DNA of 64,000 bases from Macrostomum lignano (Eukaryota). Positions 1-12,000 of the stretch are shown piece by piece. The notes under the pieces are model-generated. The model was given only the letters and a program-made list of their open reading frames with translations. It did no database searches and was not told the DNA's origin. Numbering within the stretch: position 1 is the first letter of the stretch; every line of letters starts with the position of its first letter. The translations under genes and the position numbers were made by a program. The DNA lies in contig NIVC01000636.1 in the NCBI GenBank assembly GCA_002269645.1, positions 271,646 to 335,645 on the forward strand, read 5' to 3'.

Positions 1-256
1 CGCCCCATCAGCTTAAGTTGCATTGAGTTCCCCAGCTTCACCGGAATCCATTATTAATCGATTGTATGGCCACCCCGTGGCGGGCTGTCGTTCTCATAAT
101 AATTTATAATTTACTCATTTAAGCCTGTTTTTCTACTGATAGTAGGATAGTGAAGATGTTTTGCAAAAATTTATCATATCTGACCTATTTTCTTCGCGTC
201 CTACAAACTTAATGTAGATCTCATGGTGCATGGAATCAACTTTGAGGAATGCTTAG

Positions 257-700
257 TCTAGTAGTCCTTGGTCCACTGGATTAGTCTAGCAGTCCTTGGT
301 TCAGTGGATTAGTCTAGCAGTCCTTGGTTCAGTGGATTTGTCTAGTAGTCCCTGGTTCAGTGGATTTGTCTAGTAGTCCCTGGTTCAGTGGATTAGTCTA
401 GTAGTCCCTGGTTCAGTGGATTTATCTAGTAGTCCCTGGTTCAGTGGATTTGTCTAGCAGTCCTTGGTTCAGTGGATTAGTCTAGCAGTCCTTGAGTGGA
501 TTAGTCTAGTAGTCCTTGGTCCAGTGGATTAGTCTAGTAGTCCTTGGTCCTGTGGATTAGTCCAGTAGTCCTTGGTCCTGTGGGTTAGTCTAGCAGTCCT
601 TGAGTGGATTAGTCTAGTAGTCCTTGGTCCAGTGGATTAGTCTAGTAGTCCTTGGTCCTGTGGGTTAGTCTAGCAGTCCTTGGTACAGTGGATTTGTATA
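257..700. repeat. ~28-bp minisatellite (GTGGATTAGTCTAGTAGTCCTTGGTTCA)
   Basis: Tandem near-identical units visible directly. Confidence 0.9.
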
Positions 701-769
701 GTAGTTTCTGGTTAAGCGATTTATTTTGGTTAAAAATTACCTCAAAACTTCTAAATATGGCGTTGAAGG

Positions 770-1309
770 GGTGCCAATCTGTGTGTCAGGAGGCGCCAAT
801 CTGGGTGTCAGAGGTGCCAATCTGTGTGTCAGAGGTGCCAATCTGTGTGTCAGAGGTGCCAATCTGTGTGTCAGAGGTGCCAATCTGTGTGTCAGAGGTG
901 CCAATCTGTGTGTCAGAGGTGCCAATCTGTGTGTCAGGAGGCGCCAATCTGTGTGTCAGGAGGCGCCAATCTGTGTGTCAGGAGGCGCCAATCTGGGTGT
1001 CAGAGGTGCCAATCTGTGTGTCAGGAGGCGCCAATCTGGGTGTCAGAGGTGCCAATCTGGGTGTCAGGAGGCGCCAATCTGGGTGTCAGAGGTGCCAATC
1101 TGTGTGTCAGAGGTGCCAATCTGTGTGTCAGAGGTGCCAATCTGTGTGTCAGGAGGCGCCAATCTGGGTGTCAGAGGTGCCAATCTGTGTGTCAGAGGTG
1201 CCAATCTGTGTGTCAGAGGTGCCAATCTGTGTGTCAGAGGCGCCAATCTGTGTGTCAGAGGTGCCAATCTGTGTGTCAGGAGGCGCCAATCTGGGTGTCA
1301 GAGGTGCCA
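770..1309. repeat. 21-bp minisatellite (GTGCCAATCTGTGTGTCAGAG and AGGAGGCGCC variant)
   Basis: Tandem units; explains the overlapping repetitive ORFs at 652-1476. Confidence 0.92.
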
Positions 1310-1819
1310 AAACGCAGATGCTTCAGAGGTTCTCACGGTTCTGTATTCCTCTTCATCACTTAATTCATTACCGAATGAGTTCCGAACTGAATTTCTTATC
1401 CAGAATCTTCTCAGCTGTCGAGGGTCTCAGGGGCCCCTCATCAGTTGGAGTTGAGAGCCGACTGAAAAGGCTCTGAAGGTGATACGGCTGGCTTGAGTAT
1501 CCATCAGGAACCGGAAATTCCTTATTCTGACAAGTCTTAGGAGTCTGGAACGGATTAAGGATATAGCAGATGAGTCTGATTGCCGCTGCATCCTGAGTCA
1601 GTTTTGGTGGGATTGGAATTTTTATTGCCGTCCATTGCGCAGTTGGTCCTGCGGGCACCAAATGTCGAATTTGATGATGGATGAACTTGACAATGCGATG
1701 GAGGGAGGCTCGGGTGTTAAACTTCACATAATCCCTGGCTTGCGGTATCCGGGGCCGAAACCTCGCTTTAAAAAACACATTAAAGCGGTTGGTAGATCTG
1801 TGTTTTCCTTTTTCGAACA

Positions 1820-3025
1820 CCCTGAATAGACTGGAGCCCTTCTAGAGCCCCTGAATACACACTGGAGCCCTTCTAGAGCCCCTGAATACACACTGGAGCC
1901 CTTCGAGAGCCCCTGAATACACACTGGAGCCCTTCGAGAGCCCCTGAATACACACTGGAGCTCTTCTAGAGCCCCTGAATACACACTGGAGCTCTTCTAG
2001 AGCCCCTGAATACACACTGGAGCCCTTCTAGAGCCCCTGAATACACACTGGAGCTCTTCTAGAGCCCCTGAATACACACTGGAGCCCTTCGAGAGCCCCT
2101 GAATACACACTGGAGCCCTTCGAGAGCCCCTGAATACACACTGGAGCTCTTCTAGAGCCCCTGAATACACACTGGAGCCCTTCGAGAGCCCCTGAATACA
2201 CTGGAGCCCTTCTAGAGCCCCTGAATACACACTGGAGCTCTTTTAGAGCCCCTGAATACATACTGGAGCCCTTCGAGAGCCCCTGAATACACACTGGAGC
2301 CCTTCGAGAGCCCCTGAATACACACTGGAGCCCTTCGAGAGCCCCTGAATACACACTGGAGCCCTTCTAGAGCCCCTGAATATACACTGGAGCCCTTCTA
2401 GAGCCCCTGAATACAATGGAGCCCTTCGAGAGCCCCTGAATACACACTGGAGCCCTTCGAGAGCCCCTGAATACAATGGAGCCCTTCTAGAGCCCCTGAA
2501 TACACACTGGAGCCCTTCGAGAGCCCCTGAATACACTGGAGCCCTTCTAGAGCCCCTGAATACACACTGGAGCCCTTCGAGAGCCCCTGAATACACACTG
2601 GAGCCCTTCGAGAGCCCCTGAATACACACTGGAGCCCTTCGAGAGCCCCTGAATACACACTGGAGCCCTTCGAGAGCCCCTGAATACACACTGGAGCCCT
2701 TCGAGAGCCCCTGAATACACACTGGAGCCCTTCGAGAGCCCCTGAATACACACTGGAGCCCTTCGAGAGCCCCTGAATACACACTGGAGCCCTTCGAGAG
2801 CCCCTGAATACACACTGGAGCCCTTCGAGAGCCCCTGAATACACACTGGAGCCCTTCGAGAGCCCCTGAATACACACTGGAGCCCTTCGAGAGCCCCTGA
2901 ATACACACTGGAGCCCTTCGAGAGCCCCTGAATACACACTGGAGCCCTTCGAGAGCCCCTGAATACACACTGGAGCCCTTCGAGAGCCCCTGAATACACA
3001 CTGGAGCCCTTCGAGAGCCCCTGAA
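1820..3025. repeat. 31-bp minisatellite (GAGCCCCTGAATACACACTGGAGCCCTTCGA)
   Basis: Highly homogeneous tandem array over ~1.2 kb. Confidence 0.95.
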
Positions 3026-3648
3026 CTCAGCTCCAATTCCCTCAAAGGTTTCACTGCACGCGCATCGGAAATCACAGAGCCGGGCACCGGCTCTGCACTG
3101 CCCCGGCAACCAGCTCAGCCGCACGGGGCCGAGCTGGCAGGTGGAGCCGCCAGCGCCCGGATTGGCTGCCCGGCCGGCGTCGAATCTGCTGCGCCGGCTT
3201 CCCCGACACGCGGGAGGGGGAATAAAATCCCCCGCCGGTCCGCCGTCGGGGGGAGCCGCCACTCGGTGGAGCAGCTTCTCGGCAGATCAAGGCAGTCGCC
3301 AATTTTCGAGCTTTGAAAATCTCAGGTGAGATCATTGCTATCTGAAATTATTGCCTTCCCTGGTCTCTGCCCCCTCCCAGGTCCCCACTGACAGCTGCCT
3401 CCAGTGCCCCGCCCTCCCCGCTGACTGGGCAGCGATCTGTCATGCCTAGCGCAGCTTGTCTCCCGAGCACAGGGGGGGATGACCCGGCCATCCATCAGCT
3501 GCCCGGCCAGCTGCTCAAACAGACCCAGCCCTCCTCAAGCTCTCCCGAACCCGTCTCCGCATTGCAGCGATTTAGCGAGCGAACAAGCGAGGCGGAGCCA
3601 AGCGAGTGAAAGTCGAATCGGATCGCACAGCTCGGCAAATCAGGCAAA

Positions 3649-4481
3649 ATGAACTGCGTCGCTGCCCTGGCCGCTCTGGCCCTCCTGGTCGCGCTGGCGC
3701 CCGCCGCCTCCACTACCGACGGCAAGGCGGCTGCCGCCCCAGGTGAGTTTCCGCCGCCTCCTGGCCCTCCTTTTCCATGTCCCACCGAGACCCCGCCGGC
3801 TGCCGCTGGCCCCGCCCCTTGCGTGTCGGGCTCCGCCAAGGAGGCGGCAGCAACCGTCCAGACGCGGCCACTGGGAGGCGCTTCTGAGAGACTCCGACCC
3901 GCCTAAGTCGTGTTTCAGGGAAACCCTCTCTCCCTGCCTGGCAGCTCGCAGGTTCCCGCGGGAACCGCCCCTCCCATGTCCGCCCCTCCCATGTCCGCCC
4001 CTCCCATGTCCGCCCCTCCCATGTCCGCCCCTCCCATGTCCGACCCGGCCCTTCAGCCTCCTCACAGTCCCGCCCCGGTCACTCAACCTCCACTCCAGAG
4101 GCCGAGCAGGCGGAAAAGAGGTACATGCGCTTCGGCCGCTCGGGCGACTCGGCTGCTGACGAAGACGGCCTGGACGGCCTGGACAGCGTGGACGAACACT
4201 GGCCGGTAGAAGCGGACAAGAGGTACATGCGCTTCGGCAAGCGATACATGCGCTTCGGCAAGAGGTACATGCGCTTCGGCCGAAGCAACGAAGACCCGAA
4301 CGCTGAGGTGGACAAGCGGTACATGCGTTTCGGCAAGCGGTACATGCGCTTCGGCAAGCGGTACATGCGCTTCGGCAAGAGATACATGCGCTTCGGCCGA
4401 AGCTACGAAGACCCCGACGCTGAAATCGACAAGCGGTACATGCGTTTCGGCAAGCGGTACATGCGCTTCGGCCGAAAGTAA
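3649..4481 (+). CDS. FMRFamide-like (YMRFamide) neuropeptide precursor
   Basis: Exon 3649-3742 (signal peptide [21 protein letters not shown]..., donor G|GTGAGT, phase 1) joins exon 4099-4481 (acceptor CTCCAG|AG) in frame. The product has 10 copies of YMRFG flanked by KR and KR/R cleavage sites with an amidation Gly. AATAAA at 4609-4614. Confidence 0.95.
3965..4045. repeat. 15-bp intronic minisatellite (CCGCCCCTCCCATGT)
   Basis: About 5 units inside the neuropeptide intron. Confidence 0.85.
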
Positions 4482-4608
4482 TGCCACAATCAAACTGCAG
4501 TTAAACACTGATTGCCGCTGAGCACTGGCAGAGCCCTCCAGCACCCCCTCTTAATCCGCCCTCCGTTCCACAGTTCCGCAGTTCGCTGTTCAATCAATTG
4601 AAATGACA

Positions 4609-4614
4609 AATAAA
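4609..4614 (+). terminator. Putative polyadenylation signal of the YMRFamide precursor
   Basis: AATAAA 128 nt downstream of the stop codon. Confidence 0.55.
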
Positions 4615-5851
4615 CTGGTTCTTCGAGTCCCCAACCTCAGGTGACTCTTGAATCGGGGCCGCCGGTTCCCCCAGCAATACCGATTGTCTTGGAAGTCTGT
4701 TCAATGTAACCCCGCGGATCTGGGCATGTACTATTAGCATTGCCAGGGCTGCAGCAGTGTCTGCTTGACATTAAAAACTGATGTCTGCAAGGCTGCATTG
4801 CCGGATCCGTTCTCCTCGAGTGCAAGTCCCGCTGCCTCTGCAGCACTGACACTGCGGGGTGCTGGCAGCAGAGGGGGCCGGAGCTGGGGAAGCTGGGTAA
4901 GGTAGAGACGCTTCTTAGCCAAGAGAATTTTCCCTTCCACGCGATAGCAGAGCCGCGGAGCACAAGGGAAGAAAATTCGCCCTGAGCGCCATGTGTTGCC
5001 GTGGGATGCCGCGAACGTCTTGGCCATGCGCTGGTAGCTCGTACGCAGAGCTGCTAAGATGACGCCTGCGTCTCCCGGTTACCCAGCGGGTTTGTCAGCC
5101 TCCCAAACACCTGACGGTTCGATGCCCCTCTCCATCCTTCATTGCCCCTCCATCAGCTTGATGCAGCGCCGTCAGCTCAGTTTGAAGAGGCTGGGGTTGG
5201 GGAGGCTCGCTAAACAAGCCTTGTCAATCGCTGGGCCGCTGCCTGACGGGTGTCTCAATTTCCAATTGTTGCTTTTGCGTGTTGAGAAGCAGCTCATAGC
5301 CAGGCTCTTGCCCTGCTTCAGAGATTGCCGCGACACGGCACTCAGAGACCCGCCTGCCGTTCTGCCACTCCATACAGCAGAACAACAGAAGAGCGCGGAT
5401 CAGAGGGGGCCGCCGCCGCCGCGTGGCGGAGGCTGTCAAAGCTGAGAGGCTGCTCTGACGCGGAGCAGCAGAAATCGATGAATTTCGATAGAAAACTCAA
5501 AGGCCTCTCCGCTTTCAGCTGGTGGGACTTTTCCCCTCTCCTAGTTTCACACGGAGCAGTGGGGATCGAGCGGCGCCGTCCAAGTCACTTACGATCTCAG
5601 ATTTCTTCATTTCGAATGACGTGATTTGGCTGCCAATATTGTCACGGTGAGGGGCTCTCTTCTAGAAGAAGATTGCCAATCAAACAGTGGCCGGCATTCT
5701 GAAACTGTTGAGGTTGAGAAATTTGATGCCGATGCTCGGGAGGGACTCATCTGCGATGCTTCAATAATTGCTTTTTTATCACCCTGGCGGGCTGCGGGAC
5801 TCGGATTTCGGCTGGGTTTTCCTGGAAAGAAACAATTGCCAAAGATTGCCT

Positions 5852-6615
5852 GGGGTGATGGGGTGATGGGGTGATGGTGATGGGGTGATGGGGTGATGGG
5901 GTGATGGGTGATGAGGTGATAGGGTGATTGGGTGATGAGGTGATAGGGTGATTGGGTGATGGGGTGATGGGGTGATGGGGTGATGGGGTGATGGGGTGAT
6001 GGGGTGATGGGGCGATGGGTGATGGGTGATGGATGATGGGGTGATGGGGTGATGGGGTGATGGGTGATGAGGTGATAGGGTGATTGGGTGATGGGGTGAT
6101 GGGGTGATGGGGTGATGGGGTGATGGGGTGATGGGGTGATGGGGTGATGGGGCGATGGGTGATGGGGTGATGGGGTGATGGGGCGATGGGTGATGGGGTG
6201 ATGGGGTGATGGGGTGATGGGGCGATGGGTGATGGGTGATGGGTGATGGGGTGATGGGGTGATGGGGTGATGGGTGATGGGGTGATGGGTGATGGGTGTT
6301 GGGTGATGGGGTGATGGGGTGATGGGGTGATGGGGTGATGGGTGATGGAGTGATGGGGTGATGGGTGATGGGGTGATGGGGTGATGGGGTGATGGGGTGA
6401 TGGGGTGATAGGTGATGGGTGATGGGTGATGGGGTGATGGGTGATTGGGCGATGGGTGATGGGTGATGGGTGATGGGTGATGGGTGATGGGTGATGGGGT
6501 GATGGGGTGATGGGTGACGTGGTGATGGGGTGATGGGGTGATGGGGTGATGGGTGATGTGGTGATGGGGTGATGGGGTGATGGGGTGATGGGGTGATGGA
6601 GTGATGGGGTGATGG
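5852..6615. repeat. (GGGGTGAT/GGGTGAT)n G-rich 7-8-bp satellite
   Basis: Visible tandem units. Confidence 0.92.
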
Positions 6616-7254
6616 GGAGACTGTAGTATTGAGGGCAGTAGCCCCAGCCGCAGAGCTGCTGCAGTCGGACGGAGCCGCACAAATGCAGTGATGGAGCCGA
6701 GCCAGATGTCGCATGCAGCTGCCCCACATGATTTCTTGGGAATTCGGTGCAGCCGAGAGTGCTCAAACAGGTGTGTTCTGTATTTCTGCCAGTATTTTCG
6801 TGTACTCACCTTCGCCTCATCCGCCCCAGCCTCCCCCCCCCGATCGCAGCGCATTGATCTCGGGGTTTTTCGGGTCCAAGAAAATTGCAAAATTTTCTGC
6901 CTGACTTGAGCAGGTGACTCTCCTGTGGCAGGTGCACTTTTTCCCTCCCCCGGCGGGCCCGCACCGCCAGCTCCCATTGTCGGCGGAGGAGGCCTGTTAG
7001 CAATTTATTTTGAATTCATTCAGAATGGCTTCATGGCTTTGGAATTTTAGCTCCACTCTGCCTTCTTGTTTTACTAGAGGTAAGTTAAAAATTAAATTCA
7101 TAATTCAATTAATTATTTTCCCCGCTCTTAGTTATGTAGCCATTGCGGGGCTTTCTGAAATATTGCTTTTTGGTCGGAAGCTGAGGCAGACAGTTTTCAT
7201 GCGCTGTCACAATCTCAGCGATCTTGTGATCCCTGCTTTTATCACAAGAGGCTC

Positions 7255-8155
7255 GCGGTCTGGTCATAGCCTGCATGGATCTGGTCATAGCCTGTACGGA
7301 TCTGCTCATATAGTCTGTACAGATCTGATCATAGTCTAAAAATCTGGTCATAGCCTGTACGGATCTGCTCATATAGTCTGTACAGATCTGATCATAGTCT
7401 AAAAATCTGGTCATAGCCTGTATGGATCTGGTCATAGCCTGTACGGATCTGCTCATATAGTCTGTACAGATCTGATCATAGTCTACAGATCTGGTCATAG
7501 CCTGTACGGATCTGGTCATAGCCTGTACGGATCTGCTCATAGCCTGTACGGATCTGCTCATAGTCTGTACAAATCTGATCATAGCCTACAAATCTGGTCA
7601 TAGCCTGTATGGACCTGATAATAGCCTGTATGGATCTGGTTATAGCCTGTACGGTCCGAATCAAAAGTATACACGGTCCTGATCATAAATGTGCACGATC
7701 CTTGTAATAGGTCTGTAGTATATGTACGGTCCCGATCATAGATGTGTACGGTCCTGATCATAGGTGTGTACGATCCTGGTCATAGGTGAGTATGGTCCTG
7801 ATCATAGGTGTGTACGGTCCTGATCATAGGTGAGTACGGTCCCGATCATAGGTGTGTACTGTACCGATCACAGGTGTGTACGGTCCCGATCATAGGTGTG
7901 TACGGTCCCGATCATAGGTGAGTACGGTCCCGATCATAGGTGTGTGCGGCCCTGATCATAGTTGTGTACGGTCCCGATCATAGGTGTGTACGGTCCCGAT
8001 CATAGGTGAGTACGGTCCCGATCATAGGTGTGTACGGTCCCGATCATAGGTGAGTACGGTCCCGATCATAGGTGTGTACGGTCCCGATCATAGGTGTGTA
8101 CGGTCCCGATCATAGGTGAGTACGGTCCCGATCATAGGTGTGTACGGTCCTGCTC
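7255..8155. repeat. 21-22-bp minisatellite whose unit changes along the array
   Basis: GGATCTGGTCATAGCCTGTAC at left grades into GGTCCCGATCATAGGTGTGTAC at right. Confidence 0.9.
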
Positions 8156-8799
8156 ACAGTTACCGCTGTCACCGCTAGCTGTGTACTCACTCGTTGCTCT
8201 CAGATCGAACATGACTGACGCAGGCTGGCTGAAATGCTGAGCCCTAGCGGCTGTCAGCGAGAGTCCCCGTGCTTGGCCAGCACTGACTGACAGGTTGGGG
8301 CATCGCAGGTGTCGCTTGTCAATTCGTTTGCTCAGCAGGCTCTTGGCTGTAATTCAGCTTATCATTCGTATCCTATTCACTGCAAGCCCTGTATAGGCTG
8401 CGGGGCTGATGGGTGAAGAAGCAACAGTGCTGGTGCGATGAGGCGGGGAGGCTGGGGCATTAGCAGCAGACAGCAGGTGTGACGCAGGCAGACGACCAAT
8501 TAAAAAAATCGGGTAAAGTGCCAGGATAAACTGTGAGGATTAAAAAGCGGCCTGGGAATTAGCGAGGCGGACAGAAATTCTCAGGCTGAAACCTGATGTG
8601 TCGGCCGCGCGCCAGGGACTTCTGGAAATAGCACGGTTGGACTGGAAGCCTGAATAAAGTGCGCCCCCGCCTAGCGTTCAGTGGGTCGAAGATTTTTGTC
8701 CTTTTGCACCAAGGAGAGGGGATTAAGGACTGCCACAGTTCAGTCACAACATTAGAGAGGTCACCTTCGGCATGTACACTCTCCGTGCCTTGGGGTTGG

Positions 8800-8877
8800 C
8801 CCTCACGGGTCGGAATCGAACCAGGGGTCGCGGCGCGAGAGTCGGAACGCTTCCAGTCCACCGGTGCCAATTCTAGA
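8800..8877 (-). mobile_element. tRNA-derived (SINE-head-like) sequence
   Basis: Minus strand has an A-box-like TGGCACCGGTGG (8869-8858), a CTCTC anticodon-like loop and a B-box GGTTCGATTCC (8822-8812). Cloverleaf pairing is poor, so it is not a functional tRNA. Confidence 0.45.
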
Positions 8878-9053
8878 AGTCCCTGAGTGTGCTCCGCGAG
8901 CGACCTTGCTCAGGACTTTGCAACTGGCCAGGTTGAAGTGATGAGGTGAGTTGGGATAAAATAGTGATAAATAGGAGGACAATTAGAATATCATATTGCA
9001 GTTTTCTCGAATTTGTTTTTAGTCTCAAAACAGACTCCAGTTCCTCCGCCTCA

Positions 9054-12000
9054 TCACACTGGCTCCTCAGCCTCCTTGTCGTTCAGCGGCACGCTGCCCT
9101 CCCCGCTGAATGGCCTGGCGTCGTAGTTGCTGGGCACGTGCCAGAACTTGTCGTCCTGGAAGAAGTTCTCCATGCGCACCGGGTCCAGGATGGGCAGACG
9201 GAGAATGAAGCCTGCGGATGGGGAGGCGGGGAGGCTAAAGATGATGCTGGTTTGCTGGGTGAGTAGGAATGGGTGGTTAGAATTCAGTGGTGGGCAGCTC
9301 AGCCATCCCAGAGCACAGGGCTGAGCAGCAGGGCAGGTCAGCCATCCCAGAGCACAGGGCTGAGCAGCAGGGCAGGTCAGCCATCCCAGAGCACAGGGCT
9401 GAGCAGCAGGGCAGGTCAGCCAGCCCAGAGCACAGGGCTGAGCAGCAGGGCAGGTCAGCCATCCCAGAGCACAGGGCTGAGCAGCAGGGCAGGTCAGCCA
9501 TCCCAGAGCACAGGGCTGAGCAGCAGGGCAGGTCAGCCAGCCCAGAGCACAGGGCTGAGCAGCAGGGCAGGTCAGCCAGCCCAGAGCACAGGGCTGAGCA
9601 GCCGCCCACCTGTCAGCAGGCCACCCAGGACGGCGCACAGCAGCGTGAGTCCCAGCGCGGCGGCCTGAAAAGCCGCTTGCGACCCGGCGGAGCGGCCGGC
9701 GCCGCCTCCTTCAACTGACAGGGTGCCGTCCTTCACCACGTATTCGAAGGCGCTGCCGTTGGCCGTGACTGGCGCCCTAGCCGGAAAAATCTGGTAGAGC
9801 CTGCGGGGGAGTTTAAATGGGTCCGTGGGTGAGTTTATGGGTCCGTGGGTGAGTTTATGGGTCTGTGGGTGAGTTTATGGGTCCGTGGGTGAGTTTATGG
9901 GTCTGTGGGTGAGTTTATGGGTCTGTGGGTGAGTTTATGGGTCTGTGGGTGAGTTTATGGGTCCGTGGGTGCGTTTATGGGTCCGTGAGTGAGTTTATGG
10001 GTCCGTGAGTGAGTTTATGGGTCCGTGAGTGAGTTTATGGGTCCGTGAGTGAGTTTATGGGTCCGTGAGTGAGTTTATGGGTCCGTGGGTGAGTTTATGG
10101 GTCCGTAAGTGAGTTTATGAGCCCTTGAGTGAGTTTATGAGCCCTTGAGTGAGTTTATGAGCCATGGATTGAGTCTATGAGCACACGAGTGAGTTCATGA
10201 GCTCATGAGCGAGTCTATGAGCACATGAGTGAGTTCATGAGTGAGTTCGGAGACCCATACCACCATCTACCATGTCGCGCAGGATGCAGTCAGGCTGAGA
10301 GCGCGGGGCGGCTCATCCTGCCAGCAGTTCGGCAGCCAATGAGATGCCGATCACTGCGAGCGTCTCGGCGTGTTTTTCATTTTTTCATAGATTTTTTATT
10401 AATGTAAAGCCGGCCCGCCTCCCGCCCCGGAGCTCAGGCGGCTGTTTATGGATTTTAATTTGGTGTAAGGCATTTGTCTGCAACAATGCGCTGCCAGTGC
10501 AGCTGCCAAAGCGGGTGTTTGGAGATGCTGCAGCTCTGGTGCTCTTTTAGCTAAAAAATATGCGAGCTTGCGCTGGGACTGCTCGATTTTTTAAAAGGAA
10601 AGATGATGATGGGAATCTGGGATTGCAATGCTGGAAAAATTGTTTTTTTTCCAAATACTCCTTGATTATGATGAGGGAATCTGGGATCCAAATGATGGGA
10701 TCTGGGATCCAAATGATGGGATCTGGATCCAAATGATGGGATCGATCTGGATCCAAATGATGGGATCTGGGATCCAAATGATGGGATCTGGATCCAAATG
10801 ATGGGATCTGGATCCAAATGATGGGATCTGGATCCAAATGATGGTAGGTGAAATCAATTGAATGAGTGGATCTGGAGAAAGGATGATTGAGGTGCTGAAG
10901 CCGGATGGGGATCTGGAATAAAGACAATCGGGATCTGGGATAAAGGTAAACAGAATGACCGAAGTGCACATAAAGACTGTTGCCATGGCAAGCAGCACCT
11001 CACCCGTTCCCATAGTCATCGAGGCTGGCCGAGGCAGAGTAGATAATGCCCAGGAGGCCGGCCAGCAGACCGGGCATGCCGTGCAGGTTGTTGACCCCGC
11101 ATGTGTCCAGGATGTTGGCGGCGCGCAGCTTTTTCTGCAGATTTTGCGGCAAGGAACTGACTGAGCTACTGACAGTAGGCTGTGGTAGGTTTGCTTCTGT
11201 TAGGCAAATGATAGAAAAAGACAGATCCCAGCATGAATTCCCAGACACTATAAGTTAATTTTCTAATTGGAAAGTAAACTCTTAGAATTTTAAAATGTTT
11301 AATCCTAAATCCTAAATCCTAAATCCCAGATCCCAAATCCCAGATCCCAAATCCCAGATCCCAAATCCCAGATCCAAAATCCCAGATCCCACCTGCAAAA
11401 CCCGCATACCAATTCTTGACTCCCATCCCAAGTCACACATCTCAAACCTCATATCCCCATAACGGGATACCCAATCTCAAATCATAAATCCCAGGTTCCA
11501 AATCCCAGATCCAAAATCCCAGATCCCAAATCCCAGATCCCAAATCCCAGATCCCAAATCCCAGATCCCAAATCCCAGATCCCAAATCCAAAATCCCAGA
11601 TCCCAAATCCCAGATCCCTAATCCTAGATCCCAAATCCCAGATCCCTAATCCTAGATCCCAAATCCTAGATCCCAAATCCCAGATCCCAAATCTTGGATC
11701 CAAAATCCAAGATCCTAGACCCCAGACCCCTAACCCCAGATTCTAATCTCAATCTTCCTATTGCATCAACCCCCCGCAGGCAGGTGAGCAGTGCTCACGC
11801 CAGGTGCTCACAGCAATCACAGCGTAGCCAAACACGCTGAGCAGGCCGGCCAAGCAACCGATGATCAGAGCTCCGTACGGCCGGATCATCATGTCGGCGA
11901 CTGTCCCGACGGCCACCCCGCCGGCCAGCGTGGCGTTCTGAATGTGACTCATCTCGAACTTGCCCTTCTCGAAGAGGGCGGAGGCGGCGTAGGCCACGAC

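Noticed and set aside
652-3262. Long ORFs (SEVPICV..., YSGALEGLQ... repeats)
   Set aside because: They are translations of the 21-bp and 31-bp minisatellites, open in several frames and on both strands, with no splice or domain support.
4637-5850. Several 70-130 aa ORFs between the neuropeptide gene and the GGGGTGAT array
   Set aside because: No recognisable motifs, interrupted by stops when extended, and no consistent splice phases found.
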